Of a stretch of 40,023 nt of DNA, positions 39,954 through 40,023 are shown one piece after another. Under the pieces are notes generated by a model. The model saw only the letters and a list, made by a program, of their open reading frames with translations. It had not been told where the DNA came from and made no database searches. The position numbers were made by a program, and so were the translations under genes. The DNA comes from Zoogloea sp. GTDB taxonomy: Bacteria; Pseudomonadota; Gammaproteobacteria; Burkholderiales; Rhodocyclaceae. The DNA lies in assembly GCA_023150125.1 (NCBI GenBank), contig JAKLLM010000002.1, positions 1 to 40,023 on the forward strand, given 5' to 3'. Each line of letters starts with the position of its first letter. Positions within the stretch are counted from its first letter, which is position 1.

Positions 39954-40023
39954 GCGCGGCGGGCCCCATTGCGGACGGCCGGCAACCGTCCAGGCGCCGC
40001 GCGGAGGTCGCCGGCATCCGGCG

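Noticed and set aside
39597-40017. Small ORFs 39597..39803 (+) and 39679..40017 (-)
   Set aside because: Atypical codon usage and no motifs; they overlap the repeat array, which is better explained as non-coding.

Overview
High-GC betaproteobacterial chromosome segment, most likely Rhodocyclales (inferred from gene order and protein style). It is almost entirely core or metabolic DNA, and I see no rRNA, tRNA, IS, integrase, phage or CRISPR. In order: gshB (partial), apbE, and a PTS EIIA(Man)/HPr/EI block whose ptsI carries a frameshifting internal deletion; a sigma70 promoter, SAM-II riboswitch and terminator ahead of metX-metW; DyP peroxidase and RNase HI-like genes; rapZ-NusG domain II-Gx transporter (minus strand); an extended LiuR-controlled leucine/isovalerate (liu) cluster of about 15 kb with many accessory genes, including a GNAT/beta-carbonic anhydrase fusion; an MBL hydrolase, phaC, a PIN protein, mscS, a BtuF-like protein and ald; the conserved argS-SPOR-dsbA-SDR block; ubiB; and a single-ORF arginase/ornithine aminotransferase fusion coupled to a YajD HNH gene. 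The window ends in a non-coding array of 16-bp quasi-palindromes phased at about 21 bp. The most notable items are the phased array, the two enzyme fusions, the broken ptsI, and the ApbE/NusG-II/Gx flavinylation-type module. All product calls come from motifs I recognised by eye; no database search was run.
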